Assembly (NCBI GenBank): GCA_010405405.1
Contig: MU004232.1
Span: 577,481-641,480 of the forward strand
From: Microthyrium microscopicum
Lineage: Eukaryota
Length of the DNA stretch: 64,000 nucleotides
Direction of reading: 5' to 3'
This document shows positions 23,958-37,890 of this stretch, in pieces. The notes below the pieces were generated by a model. That model worked only from the letters and a program-made list of their open reading frames with translations, searched no databases and was not told the DNA's origin. Made by a program: the position numbers and the translations under genes. Position 1 is the first letter of the stretch, and every line of letters starts with the position of its first letter.

Positions 23958-26900
23958 TCAACCACGACTGCCCCTATATCCAGTACTCTCACTAATCCAC
24001 TCCCCATCCAAGCACTTGCTGACTCTCGCCAATACACGCCGACCACCCATCATCCCCTCAAACATCTTCACCCGTTCCGACGCACTCATCTTTATGAACG
24101 CTGGCAACCCAAAGGGCGCTACCACATCCCCTGTCTCTCCGAAAAGCGACTCTCCAACCATCGCAACATCTGCTTCCGTCTCAGCGTCTGGTCTCTTCAG
24201 CGCCGTCAGCACAGCTCCCGCCGCATATGCATTCAACCCCGCCCGTCTCAATATCTGTTCCCAACCAGACTCCTCCGCCGCCACCGGCCCATCTACTCCA
24301 TGGCTCTCCATGATCCACGCTGCCATGCCCGCCAATTCAGTCGGTCCGCCTGGCACTAGCTGCACATGCACGTCACCACCAAGTCTAGCCACCACGCCTT
24401 GCAGTGCGGCAAAATGTGTGCTCTGTGATGCACTGAGTGGTGTGGACACCGCAGCGTTCTGGCTTACGAGCACAACTAGACGTTCGCTGCGTATTGCTGC
24501 TTGGGCGAGACGCGTGCGGAAGGAATTGAGTTGTGGACGGTTGCCGGGTAGGCTAAGCTGGGTGGTTTGAGAGAGCGTTGTTATGAGAAGAGCGGTGGAT
24601 GGGGAAAGGAGGATGTCAGCTTCAGCAGTGGGATCGTATGATATACGTGTAGCTTTAGAGGTTGGTAGGGAGAGATTGGGTGGTGAGTGATTGAGGGCGG
24701 TAAAGTCACGCTCAATGAACGTTGCTACTGGGAGGGCGTTGGCGATGAGGCGGTAGAGGGGGCGCTGAGTTCGAAGGAGATTGGTGGATATGATGAATGT
24801 ACGGGCGGGTTGATCTGGTCTGAGTTGTGGAAGAGTGAATGTGGTGCTGGTTCTGACTGGCTGGGAGTGTTGGTCGGGTATATTGACGGTGCTGTGAGTT
24901 ATTCTTCTTGTGTCTTCGATATCTGCTGGCTTGGGGACTTCAATGCCTCTGAGAGCGAAGAACTTGTGGAGCCCATCAGTTGCAGAAAACTTGCTGTGGC
25001 TTATAGTGTCATGATTTGGTTGCTTCCGATCAAATCTCTGAAGTGTCAAGGACTCGACCTCTGTTTGAGATATTGGGATTGCCGTAGAGGTCTTTGAGAC
25101 TTTCTGTCGGCCCTGCAGTTGGAGGCCGCCCATCATATCTGCCTTTCTCTTCCGAACCACAAAGTCAACGTTTTGCTCATCATGAGAGAAATCACCTAGC
25201 TCCAAGTCGTCTTCCTCATCATCTAATTCGCTCAAGACTTGGAGACTGTTGGAGGTTACAATAAGAGAATCGCTTGAGACAACGTCTTCCAAAGTCATGT
25301 ACTCCAAGATTGGCCCTAGAAAAGCCAATTGATCGATTTTCTCGTTAATTGCAACCTTTCCAAGGCGATCGGGAAATGGGCGCCATTTCAGTTGCCGCTC
25401 TATCTTTGAAGCGCCTGGCCATGTGGAATATAGTTTGACTAACTCCTTGGAAGATTGACGAAGGAGGCCACGCTGGGCATGCAGACCGTTAGAAAGTGGC
25501 AATCGTTCAGTCTTACCGGCGGCGAACAGGCTCAACCATGGTGGAGTCGGAGCAGTAAAGTCCAAGACTGGCACCTCAAGTCGCAACGTGGAGTCTGCTT
25601 CGTTCAAAACCTCATGTGTCAGCTTTTGGTTGGCAGCATCAGCCAGTGGCTTCATGACTTCCTCTCCATCAGGCATATTATCGCTAGTTCTGCCGTCCCA
25701 TTGCGCTGTATGATGTGAGATAGATTCCAGAACATTCTGAACGGACTCGCTTTTAACTCTCGAGCTTGGGCTAGTTAGTTCCGCAGCAGGGACAGGAACG
25801 TCCAGTCGAAAGTCAGATATTTTGACAGGGACAAACTTTGGTGAGCTCGACTCCAGGATAGACTGCATAGGCGTGTATATCTTGCTGATGTCCACATGAA
25901 GGTCCTGGCTGTCAAACATCGCGTCTTCCTCCAAGATCTTTTGATTGACATCCTCCAGTTGCTTTACGTCCGGGTCTGTCGTTTCTGAAAATGGCTGCAA
26001 GTTTAACTTTGGAGATGAGAGATTGGCACCCCAATCATCCTCCTCGAGCGGCATCATCGGCGGCGTAATCGACCGCACTCGCGTACTCTATGGAACATGT
26101 CAGCCATCACTCCCTCAAAATCTCGCAATCAATAACTTACCCGCTTGTACGTAACAACGGGATTCATCATCTTGTATCCGTCCTTCTCAACCCATCCATC
26201 CTGTTGTGTCTCCATCAGAAACATCATTCCCTCTTTGTAGACCTTGAGTTTCTCCCCGCTGATCTCCGCCATCTTCTCCTCAGGCAGTGTCTGCCAACTC
26301 TCCGGCCACTCCATGCCTTCATCCAGCTCAACATCCACCGGCGCAAACGGCAATGCCATATTCTCCAAAAATGGCTTCTGCAAGCGGCTGAAGCGCAGCA
26401 AGTCAAGCTCATCATCCGTTGAAAGTAGAGGCACCTCCAATCTCCGTTCCTCCTCCTTTCTCCTGGCAACCATTTTATGATCTGCGGGACCCATTTCGAA
26501 CACTGGGAATTCACCCGGCTGAACAATAACATCCTGCAGCATCCGCATGGCGCCGCGGTCCACGCCCAACATTTCCTTCATCCAGCACTCATCGCCATCC
26601 TTGACGTCAAAGAATCGACGTATGGCCCATCCGAGCTCTTCATCCGCAGTAGATTCTTCACCAACAGCCCAGAATACCTTATTCTCCGCGAGATCATCTA
26701 GCGGCGGACAGGACAGGTAGTCACGCGTCAAGCCGTACTTTTGCGCGAACAGCCGCGCTGAGAGGTCTTCATCGTCCGTATCGTCATCAGATGCATGGTG
26801 GCTAGATGTAGAGTCGCCAAATGCCGAAGGGCCAGATGCAGTACGCCGGTCAACGCCGTCCGAGGAAAGAGGGGCTTGCTGTGCGATCTGATTTTGCGCG

Positions 26901-26977
26901 GCGAATGGCGGACTAGATGAGAAAACACTGGAGCTCGGGAGGCCGGAGGAGACAATGATGGGGTGCGCGGGATCCAT
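23958..26977 (-). CDS. Conserved fungal protein with C-terminal XPF/ERCC4-like region, possibly a Zip2/SHOC1 meiotic crossover factor
   Basis: Two long ORFs joined by intron 26088-26140. C-terminal FIERDF...EADILLSPSTALLITTL and WEQILRRAGLNAYAA segments recall ascomycete Zip2-like proteins. The gene is solid, the identity is tentative. Confidence 0.6.
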
Positions 26978-27967
26978 ACTGCGCGGGTTGTCAATGGAGA
27001 AGAATGAAGAAGAATGAAGAATCGAGCGACTCTTGAAAACAAGGCTGCAAAGAAGAGATGAAGTTAGAATAAGCATACTAGACCACCTTCCGAAAATGGC
27101 AGCCTCTAGCTTCATGTCCCAAAGAGGCAATCGTGATAGTACCCAGAAAATATGCATGGTCTGAACACATCAGGAAACATCAACGTGTATATAATCTTTG
27201 GATTACTACCTAAAGCCTCATCAGCCACGGCCTAAAAGCCCTTTCATCAGGTCTAAAAAACCACATTTCTGGTCAAGAAAGAACAACGTTCTATATCAAA
27301 AGGCAGGTTTCGGGAGGACCCTATTTGTGGTGCTTTGTATTCTCCAGCCAGGCAGACAGCATGAGATATTTGTTGTTTCATTAATTACAAAATTTGGTAT
27401 CGGTTACATTCAAAATCAAGATCCAAAGGGTGAATATCGCGAACAACAAAAAGATCTACTCAAAAAGGGGGTATCTGCAAACGAATGCAAGTATTACAAT
27501 ACTATTGGGTAATTGGTATGCTAAATGGAAAGAAGAGGTGAGGCTGGAAGTAGCTGTAGAGGTCGTGATGAGGGTTGTGGAGTGTATCGTGGGTACTCCG
27601 GCTGCAGATGTGAAGAGTGTGAAAGCCAAGGGCCTTGGAATGCAAATCGACTGGTTCGCTCGTATACTGATGATTGATTGAATGGTGATGAATGAAGCCT
27701 CGTCAAGCAGATAAAACAGAATAGACAGAAAGGAAATTGAAGTGAAGGTAGTAGCTCATATAGCCATTGGAAGTGGCAAAGAAAATGTTTAGTGAACGTA
27801 GTGGTACCCCAAAGGGGAGCAAGAGAAACAGATAGGAAATAATAGTGAAGGTGGGTAACATGAAGTCATGTTTACAAGAGAGGCTTCATTTGGTCAGTCA
27901 TTCAATTCGAACTCAAAGTATTGAGCAGTGGTAGGAGAAATGCATCGTCAAGTCGTAAAGCAGCAAT

Positions 27968-30900
27968 CTATTGAGTAATAGTCGCGCCTGAGGATGACTT
28001 TGTGTTCAAGGGTTCCGTAGATCCTTTTCTGGAGACTTCGACGAGCTTGGCACTAGGCGTACGTGTATGTTTTACACTGGTGGCACGTTGAAGCAGTGGC
28101 TCTTCAGTTCCAGGAGAGATGCCATCGTCTTCATGGTCAACCTTGAGCTCTTTGCTGAGAGCAGCGTCGGAATCGCCGGCGGCAAGTACATCTTTGAGCA
28201 GACCTTCGCTGCTTTGAATGCGGATGCCCTTTTTTATGGCAGGTTGTCTAGCAAGCTCACCATAGACTTTGAAGTTTGTACCTGGCTCGTCTGCTAGATC
28301 CCCATATACACCACGAGCACCAACCTCGCCACTCGGGGTGCGGTTAACGAATGATGGCTCCTCGAAGTGGTAACGCTGTGGCGTAGTTTCCTCGTTCGAA
28401 TGCAGCTCATCCTTCAAGGCAGTGAGGCGTCGGTAGTAGTCGTCATCAATGACGGTCTCGTGAGCGTCTTCTGTTGGCGTGTTTCGGCCGCTTTGTCTGT
28501 GATCCCGGTGTGAATCTGAGTTGCGCTGTGACACTGATTCTCGAAGCGAGGCGGGGCTGCGCAGTGTACCACTTCGGCTTGACAGGCCGCGTTTTGCTGG
28601 CTTTCCTGTGAGCCATGATCCTTCCGAGTCTACGCTAGCGAGCGATCTGGTAAGTGGGTTTGACAGTCGGCCCGGTGATTTTCCACGCGGTCCGTCATCT
28701 TCTGGATCATATGCAGATTGCTCGCTAATACGGTGGTGTGAGATTGGTGTAATCATGGCACCTCGTGATAAATCCATGTGTAGCTGACCTGGGTCGGGAT
28801 GAGGTGAGTGCACCCGTGATTCCGGCGGGGAAGGTAGCTGATTGTTCTCAAGTGCATGTATTTTCAGGCCGGGAAGATCTTCCTGGAAGCGGGAGTGTGA
28901 TCGAACGGATGGAGCTATTCGAGAACTGCCGTCTTGTGACAGCGATGCTCTTTGATGAGAAGCACCAGAGGGTATCGCTTGTGTGCCGTGGCCTTCCACT
29001 GGTGTGGCTTGATCATCGCGCCAGATTACTTTGAAGGCAGCGTCTGATCGACGTTTATTGCTGGTGGCGTCAGAAGTTGATCTATCGCGAGACTTGCGTT
29101 TGTCACCCCGGCGAAAGAACGAAAGTAGGAGCGATGGTCGTCGCTTCCGTTTTTTCTCTGTGACTTCCTCTTCAACATTGACAGGCTCGTTTCTGATGCT
29201 TTCTGGTACTTGAGGAAGCGCCGTAACTGGTTCAGACATTCCCTGATTAGCATGTTGAGGCATTTGTGGGGAAAACGAGGAATATTTGCCGATAGGATCT
29301 CTATGGATGGTCGGAGGAACAGCAACCTCCGCGTCATGAAGATGGGAAGGGAAGGAGCTTGCGAAAGGCGAGGAAACTGGTGTTTCAATATCACTACCCA
29401 TCCCGAGAAGAGGAAGACCAGGAATCTCGTCGCTGTCAGTTGGTAAGAGCGGAGAAACCCGGTGCTCCTGCTTTGGCTCTTCTGGCGTCGAATGCTCCAC
29501 ATGAGAATCAACCACCGCTTTAGACGGCATGAATTCTTCTGGGGCTTCTACGGATCCAAAATCCAGGACAGGCTCAGGTGAGCTCATGCTAGGTCGCGGG
29601 TCTTCTGGTATATTGTGATGTTCTCGTGATGTTTGGGGATGTTCCAGTGGTGACGGCTGTTCGTGTACAGGTTGTAGTTGCGGGAAAGGCTCTCGTGTCG
29701 GCTCAGATACATCTTCCATGGGCGTATCACGGGAAATTTCTGGAAGTTGTGGAGCATCTACTCCTAGTCCTGCTGGACGTTCTGCTCCTGACCTCGACCT
29801 CGAGCGTGTCCGTCGGCGTTCTCGATGTCGTTTGCCAGCTCGTGCTGCTACTACTGTTCCAGCTACACCTGTTGTCGCAACATCGGCAGGTCCTATGTCG
29901 TGATCGGTTCCATCCTCACCAGCCTCTTCTCTAGCACGATCTTTTTCTGCCCGTCTTTCCAACCGTCTTCGAAGCTTTTCCGCATCTCGCTCTCCTTTCT
30001 TCTCTTTTCGTCGCGTTTCTCGTTCCATAGCAGCACGAAGTTCGCCAGAGTCGAGGTCATCAGCTATGTCGTCAACACGTTTTCCCTTCTTGACAGGTTC
30101 TTTTCCGGAAGAAGCTTGTTGATGCTTTGCTCCCACTGATTTGCTGGAAAGGTGTGGATATCCAGTATTCATCATGTATGGGTCGGAAACTTTTATAACT
30201 GGACGAGGTGACAGCATGTCTCTAATGCTTATCCGGTACATTCTCCCATCCGTGCCGCTATGTCGTGATGACATTCCAGAGTCTGGACGAGGTAGCGAGA
30301 TATTCGAGACAGGATTATCAAAGTTTCGATTCAACCCGTCCCGTAATCTTTTGCTGTCTTTTCTTAGGATACCACCGTCTCCGCGACCCCGTGGACGAGG
30401 GGACACTGCTGGCGCGCTCATGATTCTAATTTCTTCTTCCCGAACCGGATCGGAGCCTCGTCGTTTTTTGCTAAGTTTACGATTGATGTCCGTATGTATG
30501 CGTTTTTGCGACGGCGTTCTTGAAAGAATACTCTTCTTATTGCTGTGTCCAGGAGGCATTTGGAGAGGTTGATTCGGAGTTGCCAATCGCGAATGTGATG
30601 ACTGGAGTCGAAAGTCGTATGGAATGTCTGCGGTCTCCCTAGTGGCAGGCCGAAGATGGGGACTTGTCCTGAGCCGTCTACTTTGGGGCAAGGCGGTTAT
30701 ATCCTCCACGCTGTTTTGAGACATGCGCGAAGGCCGTCTATGTGCGAATTGAGAGTTCATCGGTGAAACGGGCGCAATGGGGTCCAGAGTTGAAGACTGC
30801 ATCATTCCGGTGTCGCCTTGTTTCGTAGAGGCGGTTCCTCTTCGCGATCGTTGATTGCTTCCCTTGCTGGGTCTTCGCTTCGAAGAGGGAGCGGGTTCTG

Positions 30901-30988
30901 AGGGAGGATGTGAGGGAGGTATGTTTGTAGGAAGTTCGTCAGCTTGAGACTCCCGGCGGGAGCGCTTTCCGAATGGCCAAATAGCCAT
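27968..30988 (-). CDS. Hypothetical 1006-aa largely disordered protein
   Basis: Single uninterrupted ORF starting MAIWPFGKR; S/P/R-rich with a coiled-coil stretch and SLASVDSEGSWLTG motif. Confidence 0.85.
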   Translation of the reverse strand: MAIWPFGKRSRRESQADELPTNIPPSHPPSEPAPSSKRRPSKGSNQRSRRGTASTKQGDTGMMQSSTLDPIAPVSPMNSQFAHRRPSRMSQNSVEDITALPQSRRLRTSPHLRPATRETADIPYDFRLQSSHSRLATPNQPLQMPPGHSNKKSILSRTPSQKRIHTDINRKLSKKRRGSDPVREEEIRIMSAPAVSPRPRGRGDGGILRKDSKRLRDGLNRNFDNPVSNISLPRPDSGMSSRHSGTDGRMYRISIRDMLSPRPVIKVSDPYMMNTGYPHLSSKSVGAKHQQASSGKEPVKKGKRVDDIADDLDSGELRAAMERETRRKEKKGERDAEKLRRRLERRAEKDRAREEAGEDGTDHDIGPADVATTGVAGTVVAARAGKRHRERRRTRSRSRSGAERPAGLGVDAPQLPEISRDTPMEDVSEPTREPFPQLQPVHEQPSPLEHPQTSREHHNIPEDPRPSMSSPEPVLDFGSVEAPEEFMPSKAVVDSHVEHSTPEEPKQEHRVSPLLPTDSDEIPGLPLLGMGSDIETPVSSPFASSFPSHLHDAEVAVPPTIHRDPIGKYSSFSPQMPQHANQGMSEPVTALPQVPESIRNEPVNVEEEVTEKKRKRRPSLLLSFFRRGDKRKSRDRSTSDATSNKRRSDAAFKVIWRDDQATPVEGHGTQAIPSGASHQRASLSQDGSSRIAPSVRSHSRFQEDLPGLKIHALENNQLPSPPESRVHSPHPDPGQLHMDLSRGAMITPISHHRISEQSAYDPEDDGPRGKSPGRLSNPLTRSLASVDSEGSWLTGKPAKRGLSSRSGTLRSPASLRESVSQRNSDSHRDHRQSGRNTPTEDAHETVIDDDYYRRLTALKDELHSNEETTPQRYHFEEPSFVNRTPSGEVGARGVYGDLADEPGTNFKVYGELARQPAIKKGIRIQSSEGLLKDVLAAGDSDAALSKELKVDHEDDGISPGTEEPLLQRATSVKHTRTPSAKLVEVSRKGSTEPLNTKSSSGATITQ

Positions 30989-33900
30989 GTTTAGGTATAC
31001 TAGATGGTACTACAGAATGGGGCCGAGCTGAAGTGGATTCCATGAGGCTAATGCGACATTGGTACGGAGTATATCCAAAACGGTGAGGTAGGATGGCCTA
31101 AAGGCGCGAGATCGCCTTAGACCAGGTCGCGTATTTGGTAGACAATGGAGAAAATCGGTTCGTCAAGGACGGACTCGCGGAGGAGTGGAGAGGTACTCAG
31201 GTGGGTGTGTAACCTGAGAAAAGAACCACAGAACCAGAGTCAAAGGCAAGAGTCTGAGCGCTCAAGTGCCAGGCCAACCAAAACCACCGGGTGGCAGCCA
31301 CAGAGAGATGTAGTTACGGTATAAAAGAAGCTTTGACAATCGTAGGCGATTTGATGGACAGCCTCTTAAAGATGTGCGCGCTTCTTTGGGTTAGCAAGAG
31401 CAATCGCGCGTGTTTAGGTTGCGGTGTAATGCCCGTGCTGGTCGCGGCGCAATCAGTGAGTGGGTCGGCAGGCTGAGACGGGCTGACAAAATTACCAGAG
31501 AGAGAAAGGCGTGATAACAATGATGGAATAAAGAAAGCTGGCGCTAATCATTCATAAACAATTGCAGCGCTGAAGGAGGAGAAGTAGAGGCCTGATTAGG
31601 TAGAGAGTGAGAAGGTGAAATTGGATATTTGAAACTGGTGACAATGGCTGGCAGTGGTCAATGGTCATTCAGTCAGGAGAGGCTCCGGTCGACAGATCAG
31701 GCTCTTTCAGGGAAAATAGGGAAATTAGCAGGCGGACAATTACCGACCCAAACGGAGCCAAAAGAACGGCAGACGACTTTAAGCCTGGCTTAAACGACGT
31801 GGGGACGCAAGGGCGACGACGAATAACAGCTGGGCAAGAAGAGCGCCAGCGAGTCAAAATCAACCCTTTTGCTCCACTGACACGGCTGTGGCGTTTTCCA
31901 GCTTGAAATTCCGCGATGAGGATCCTTGGAAATCTTCCAGAAAAAGCACAGTCGTACAGAAAGAGACTTGGAGACTTGGAGACTTGGATGAAGTTGGGAA
32001 TATTGGCAAAAACCTGGTCGAATTGTATGTTGTAGCTTGTACTTTACAGTAGAGATGCAGGTCAGCTTGCAGCGTGGTCGATCGTTAATCGTCAGTAACA
32101 AGTGCTAGATATGCGGGCTTTGCTGCATGCCAGGCTCTTGGGTTTGTAGGACTGTTTTTGAGACACGCTGACTGTCACGGCTGAGAAACAGGCCTGTCAG
32201 TTTTCAAAACACTTTTTGCACTTCTGCTTCGAACCTTGGACCTTGGATTCTTTTTTGGTTGAGTTTTTGAGGAGAATGGGGATACGCAAGCCGCAAAACC
32301 GATGTGGATATTGACTTTTTGCAGCGATAACTGGTTGAGCTGCAAGTCTGTGATACCACAAATTCCAGAATCCAGATCAGTCTTTGTCCTTGTTTCTTCT
32401 ACCTGCTGCAGACCTCGGCGAGTACGGCGGCCTTATATTCGGTTTTTGGGCTGAACGTTGGCGCCGCGAGAGACAGGCAACGCAATTGATGAAAAGAACC
32501 AACCTCCTTGATGGTTTATGACAGATCAAGATGCAAAATATTTGCAGCGTCAGGCAATCGCATGGGTCCCATACACTCCTTATTTAATCTGAGATTACTT
32601 TCTACTCCCGTCTTCTTTACAGGCCCAGGCCTACCAGGCTTAGGACCAGGCGGGTTGACCGGATTGAAACAAATATAACCACTACAATATAGGAAAGCAG
32701 CTTGTGTGACGCACCTCCTGGTTCACAGAATGGCAGTGCCCATACTCTCTATCCTAGTAGATTGATTGATGTGTGCTGCATTAGGATTATGGAGCCAACT
32801 CCGGGGTCTGGAGTAAGAATAGTCATGCACATATTGAGCCTTCTGTCAAGTATCTCAAGACTGTCTGCCTCGCATTGAATGCCCATGGCCAATCCTGCTA
32901 CGCTGTTGATACTTCAGCTATTGCCCCCTTTCTCATATCACTAACTGACTGGGTAGAGCCAAGGAAACAACTTCGAGTTTACCGTAATCTATACAAGACC
33001 ACACGTTGTAGGTACTCCAAGACCGGTGCTTTGCAAAGACCGGTTGACTTTCAAAAGCTCCAGTTTGATCCTCATAAATTTTGGTTGGTCAAGTCACCCA
33101 TTGGCTCATAGCCTCACCATCGTCGGACGAAATTCTCCGTCTTTAGCTCCCGATTACCGCTCTTAGTCTACTTCAACCGCTTAGATCCAGCTAAACGCGT
33201 TCGTTGAGCAACTTGAGATAATTTATACTTTTCGGAAGTCTTCTCTGTCGTAAAGCCTCCGCCTAGCGCTGCCAGAAGCTTGACCAGATTATGCAAAGCG
33301 GTAGTCCTTCGTCATTCAGACTAGCCTCTCGATATCTGGTCCAGGATAACCTACAATATGCCGCGGTCTATACAGATCGTTCCAGGGATTCTTTGCTCAA
33401 TGGCTGTCATGATTAATTAATTATGGAGCCTCTTCCCAATGTCCATGGATTATTTGTACGATAAGATCCAACAGAAGTTCGTGTCAGCCGTGGAATACAA
33501 TTCTCTCACCTCTGTACAACTTCCGAAATGCTTCCAAAAATCCAACAGAGCCTCATCTCAGCCCTATTGCGGCTCGGCGACGTACAGCAGATCATCCAAC
33601 AATAGCACCCGTCGTGCCCGTCATCTACCTGATTTTTGTGCTGATTAGACCAGAAATACATGCCCTATCTGCGGAACAAAGCCTGCACGATCTCCAATAG
33701 TGCAGAATCTTGGGTGCTAAGATATGCGCAGACTGGCAAGGGCTTTCAAGCTGTCAGACGTCGGAGAGTCGGCATTTGTGCTCAAATGTCTGTAGCTTTT
33801 GAAGCTATGCTGTTGCCTATGAGCTTGGGTTTAAAGTTTGAGTAAATATTTGGGAACGGTATATCAATTCTCAACGTAATGATGAGGTGTTGATAATGAA

Positions 33901-34993
33901 TCGTGAGGCAAACAAGGAGTTTGAATTTTGAGCTGCGAGTAAAATTCCTTCAACGTCATGGTAATAAGCAAGAGAGAGTTGAAGAATGCGGCGTTACATC
34001 GACAATATCGATCCTTGATACGAATAGCTGGTTATTGTAGAGTACAACCAACTAAACGACATCCACCAAGACACCAACCCCCAATCAGAGCGGGCACTTA
34101 TATAGGTAGCTGAATTATTGTTGTCTTACGATATGATATGCTGTAGTTAGACTAGCCCACAAGCCTGCTTGATATATGAGATATATCAGATATGCTAAAT
34201 CGCTATAACACACAGCATGAAATGACTATTAGTATGGCCCGAAAGAAGTTGAAGGTCGGTTGAGTTAGACTGCCTCAGTCGAAGTTTATCGACTATATTT
34301 GCAACAGATAATACGACTCTATCCAACATAATCATTTTCTAGGTTCATTAGGTGGAGTGTTCTTATTTTCCCACCGTGACCCATATCATCGATTTCAAGA
34401 CCAACTGACTGGAAATGATATCGGAACTGCTTCAAGCCATAGTATTATGTTTGCTTTCTCTAGAATGATCTCTCAAATCCATTAACATTTACTTGTTGAT
34501 ATTTGGTTGCGCTACCATACATGACCAACGGATTGATAGGGTTCTGTGGGGTTAGTGGAGTTTCAAGGACAGTCCCATATTAAGCATAAATTTTCAGCCT
34601 CATTGATATCTCCACCTCCTCTATCACTAAAATAACATATCAGACTCCATTAAACTTCAACTGCCGCGCAAATCTATCTTCAAGATGCAACTGCTTCTCA
34701 TGGTCTTACATGAGGGGCGTAGCCCCACTCAGCGGGGAAGCTTCCAACGATGATCAGCACATAGCAGAAAGACCAAGAGCGGTGTCGGGCAACAACCATC
34801 GGATGCATCAAAAGCGAGATCGCTCAACTTCAACGCTTCGTGAAAAATAATGTGAAAGCAACTTCTAGCTGTTGAGTCAATCAACTAGTTCCACGGCTGA
34901 AGTTTGCCTGCCTTTCACACGCGACTCAACTGTTCAGCCCCCGTCAAGACCGCCTTCTCACGACATCTTGATCGCAAGCTCAAGCTGGACACG

Positions 34994-36703
34994 ATGGCGA
35001 CGGAAATGAGCGATCTGTCGGCACAAGGGAAGAAGTTTAGCGAGAAGACGGGCGAGGACTATCGAGATGATGCAGGCGCTGCGTCCGATGATGGCGAGAT
35101 GGACGTGTTGGAGTTCACGCCATTGGAGAAGCGGACGTTGTTGAAGAAGTTGAATTGGCGGGTTGTGGGCTTGATCTCGTTTTTATATCTGTTGAGCTTT
35201 TTGGATCGGTCGAGTATGTCCATTCAAATTATATGGTTTGGAACAGTCTTCTAATGGATTGTATAGATATTGGAAACGCTAAGATTGCTGGGCTGATGAC
35301 GGACCTGAAACTCAACGATGAACAGTATGGTTGGCTTTTGACGGCTTTTTATATCACATACATCACATTCGAGTGGATGGCATTACTGTAAGTTGGATAA
35401 AGAGAAAGTAAAAGAGATCGTATTAAGTGATACGCAGGTTCAAACTAGTACGACCGCATGTATATCTCACAATTGTCGTGCTATGTTGGGGAATCATTGC
35501 TTCTTTGCAATCCCTCACTACCAACTTCACTCAAATCCTGCTCCTACGGACGAGTCTGGGAATTGCAGAAGCAGCTTTTTGCGGCGTCCCATTCTACCTC
35601 TCATTTTTCTTTCGCCGAGAAGAACTGGCCTCTCGCATTGGACTATTCATTGCTGCCGCACCATTGGCAACATCATGCGCAAGTAGCATTGCCTGGGTCA
35701 TCACCAGTCTCGCATCGATTAGCCCGATTGCTCCATGGCGACTCCTGTTCCTTGTCGAAGGCTTCCCGAGTGTTATAGTAGCATGGTACTGCTTCCACAA
35801 CGTAGCCGATTCACCAGGTACTGCCTGGTTCCTAACTCCAAAAGAGCGCGAATATGCTGTATTACGACTTCAAGAACCCGGCTCGACTCTAGGAGAAGAA
35901 TCCCACGATGAAAAGCGCTCAAACAACCGCAAATCTAAGAGCGGAATCAACTTTTCCGAAATTGCAGAAACTTTGCGCGATCCCAAATCCTACCTCACAG
36001 CCGTAAGTCGAAAACCAGTCCCGCTCCAGCAATCCAAACTAACCATCTGTAGGCCATGTATTTCAGCTGCAACGTCGCTTTCTCCTCCATGCCCGTCTTC
36101 CTACCCACCATAATCCAACAAATGGGTCATACACAAGTAATGGCTCAAGCCCTCTCCGCGCCTCCTTACCTCGTCGCCTTTGTCGTCGTACTTAGCGTAT
36201 CATACATATCCGATAAGCGCGGCGCACGTTCGCCCTATATCGTCTTCTTTGCGCTCATGGCTTCCGCGGGCTACGCGCTCATCGTTCTCGCCGGCGTACT
36301 CGGTCTACCCAATTGGATCCGCTATTTTGGACTATACCCAGCATGCATCGGCTTCTTCACATGCATCACACTATTGCTCGCGTGGACGCTGAATAACCAA
36401 GAATCTGAGTCGAAGAAGGGTACGGGTATAGCCATCTTACAATTTCTGGGACAGTGTGGACCGTTGGTGGGTACGAGACTATTCCCGGCGACGGATGGCC
36501 CGTTGTATGTGAGAGGTATGGCGACTTGCTCGGCGTTTATGGCAGGCGTCGCGTGTTTGGCGTTGTCGTTGCGGGTGTTATTGAAGAGGGAGAATGAAAG
36601 ACGTATTAATCAGGCGATGGCGCAAGATATTGCGCTTGGAGAGGACGTCGAGGAGCCGTTGGTTGGGCCGGATCGTGGTGGGCCATTTATGAACATCTTG
36701 TAA
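34994..36703 (+). CDS. MFS transporter, anion:cation symporter (Dal5/Tna1-like) family
   Basis: LYLLSFLDRS/NIGNAKIAG, YLSFFFRREELASRIG, WRLLFLVEG motifs, multiple hydrophobic helices; three short introns near 35215, 35390 and 36003. Confidence 0.92.
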
Positions 36704-37890
36704 TTTTATGGTATAATGTCTGATGAGTTATGATAAAGGCGTACAAGCCTTGGATATGCATATGCTTTCTCCAATTCTCATAAGCATATTACCTTTTAAT
36801 TCATTGTGTTGCGTATGGAAAATGCGCCAGAGTACGCTGGCACGTTCGACTTGCTGTCGTATGTGATACCATCCATGGAAGTAGTAATTCCAAACATTCC
36901 ATGAAAAATTGTAGAGAAAACCTCCAGAAAATCATGAAGCATGTTGCGGGTTTAGCCGAATTTCCGGAAGTGTTTGGAGGCAATGGAGTAGCGTGGGTTG
37001 AAAAGATCTAGACTCTCGTCCAACTTCTCTCAACCCAAAATTCTTCGCTATCACAATCCTCTCTGACCTCGAGTTTTATTCTCCTGCAGTGCATATATCG
37101 AAGACCTTGGCTACCATGCGACCATGATACGCGTGGGCATTATCCAATAACACCTTCGACGAACCTTCGGCGTACATTCCAAGCACGGGATGACTGGCAT
37201 TGGCGCATCGTGAGCCTCAATTGTCAGCAATTTCTTCCTTGCATTTTCTCATCCACCAGGGACAGCACAGCTCTATAAAGGACACTGCTATATCTGGATA
37301 CTTGGGCATCATCTCTCAGCCTTACCAAGACACTGGGTTCTCCGCGGTGCAAAAGGTTGTGGATTGGTTTGCTCTGATTGGTCTATAAAACTCCTTATCT
37401 CGAATCTAACCCGCGCTGCCGATTTTACCCACATAACCCACACTTACACCATCACAGTTCAAACAAGTCTGAGGCCTTTTGATTCAAGTCCCAATATCGT
37501 ACTCTTGAAGCGATTGCGATTGCATTTCTCAACGTCTGCATATCAACCAACCAACCGCTATCGGTGTCGCAATACAACTAACGAGTGAGGACCTACATAT
37601 TGCTAATCCTCAAGGCGATCCTACTTCACTGGCAATCTACATATGCTACCCCAGGTTCAGACGCAGCAAGCTATTCCTTTTAATGCGCGGAATTGTCGTC
37701 CGAGTCAATACAGCTCCGGATGATAAATCAAACCAATAAACCTAGTCTTCGACTTGATTACAATAAGCCTTGACACGCTTTGGCAGCAAGATCTGGCCGC
37801 CGGGCTATCTGATCTCCTCATATCGTATCATCTTTTCAATATATCAAACGTCATTCATTATCTATCGCCAGCCTTGCTGATTCCGAGGAC

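Noticed and set aside
31000..34900. 3.9-kb gap with several short ORFs
   Set aside because: No recognisable domain, RNA gene or repeat; consistent with a long divergent promoter/UTR region.
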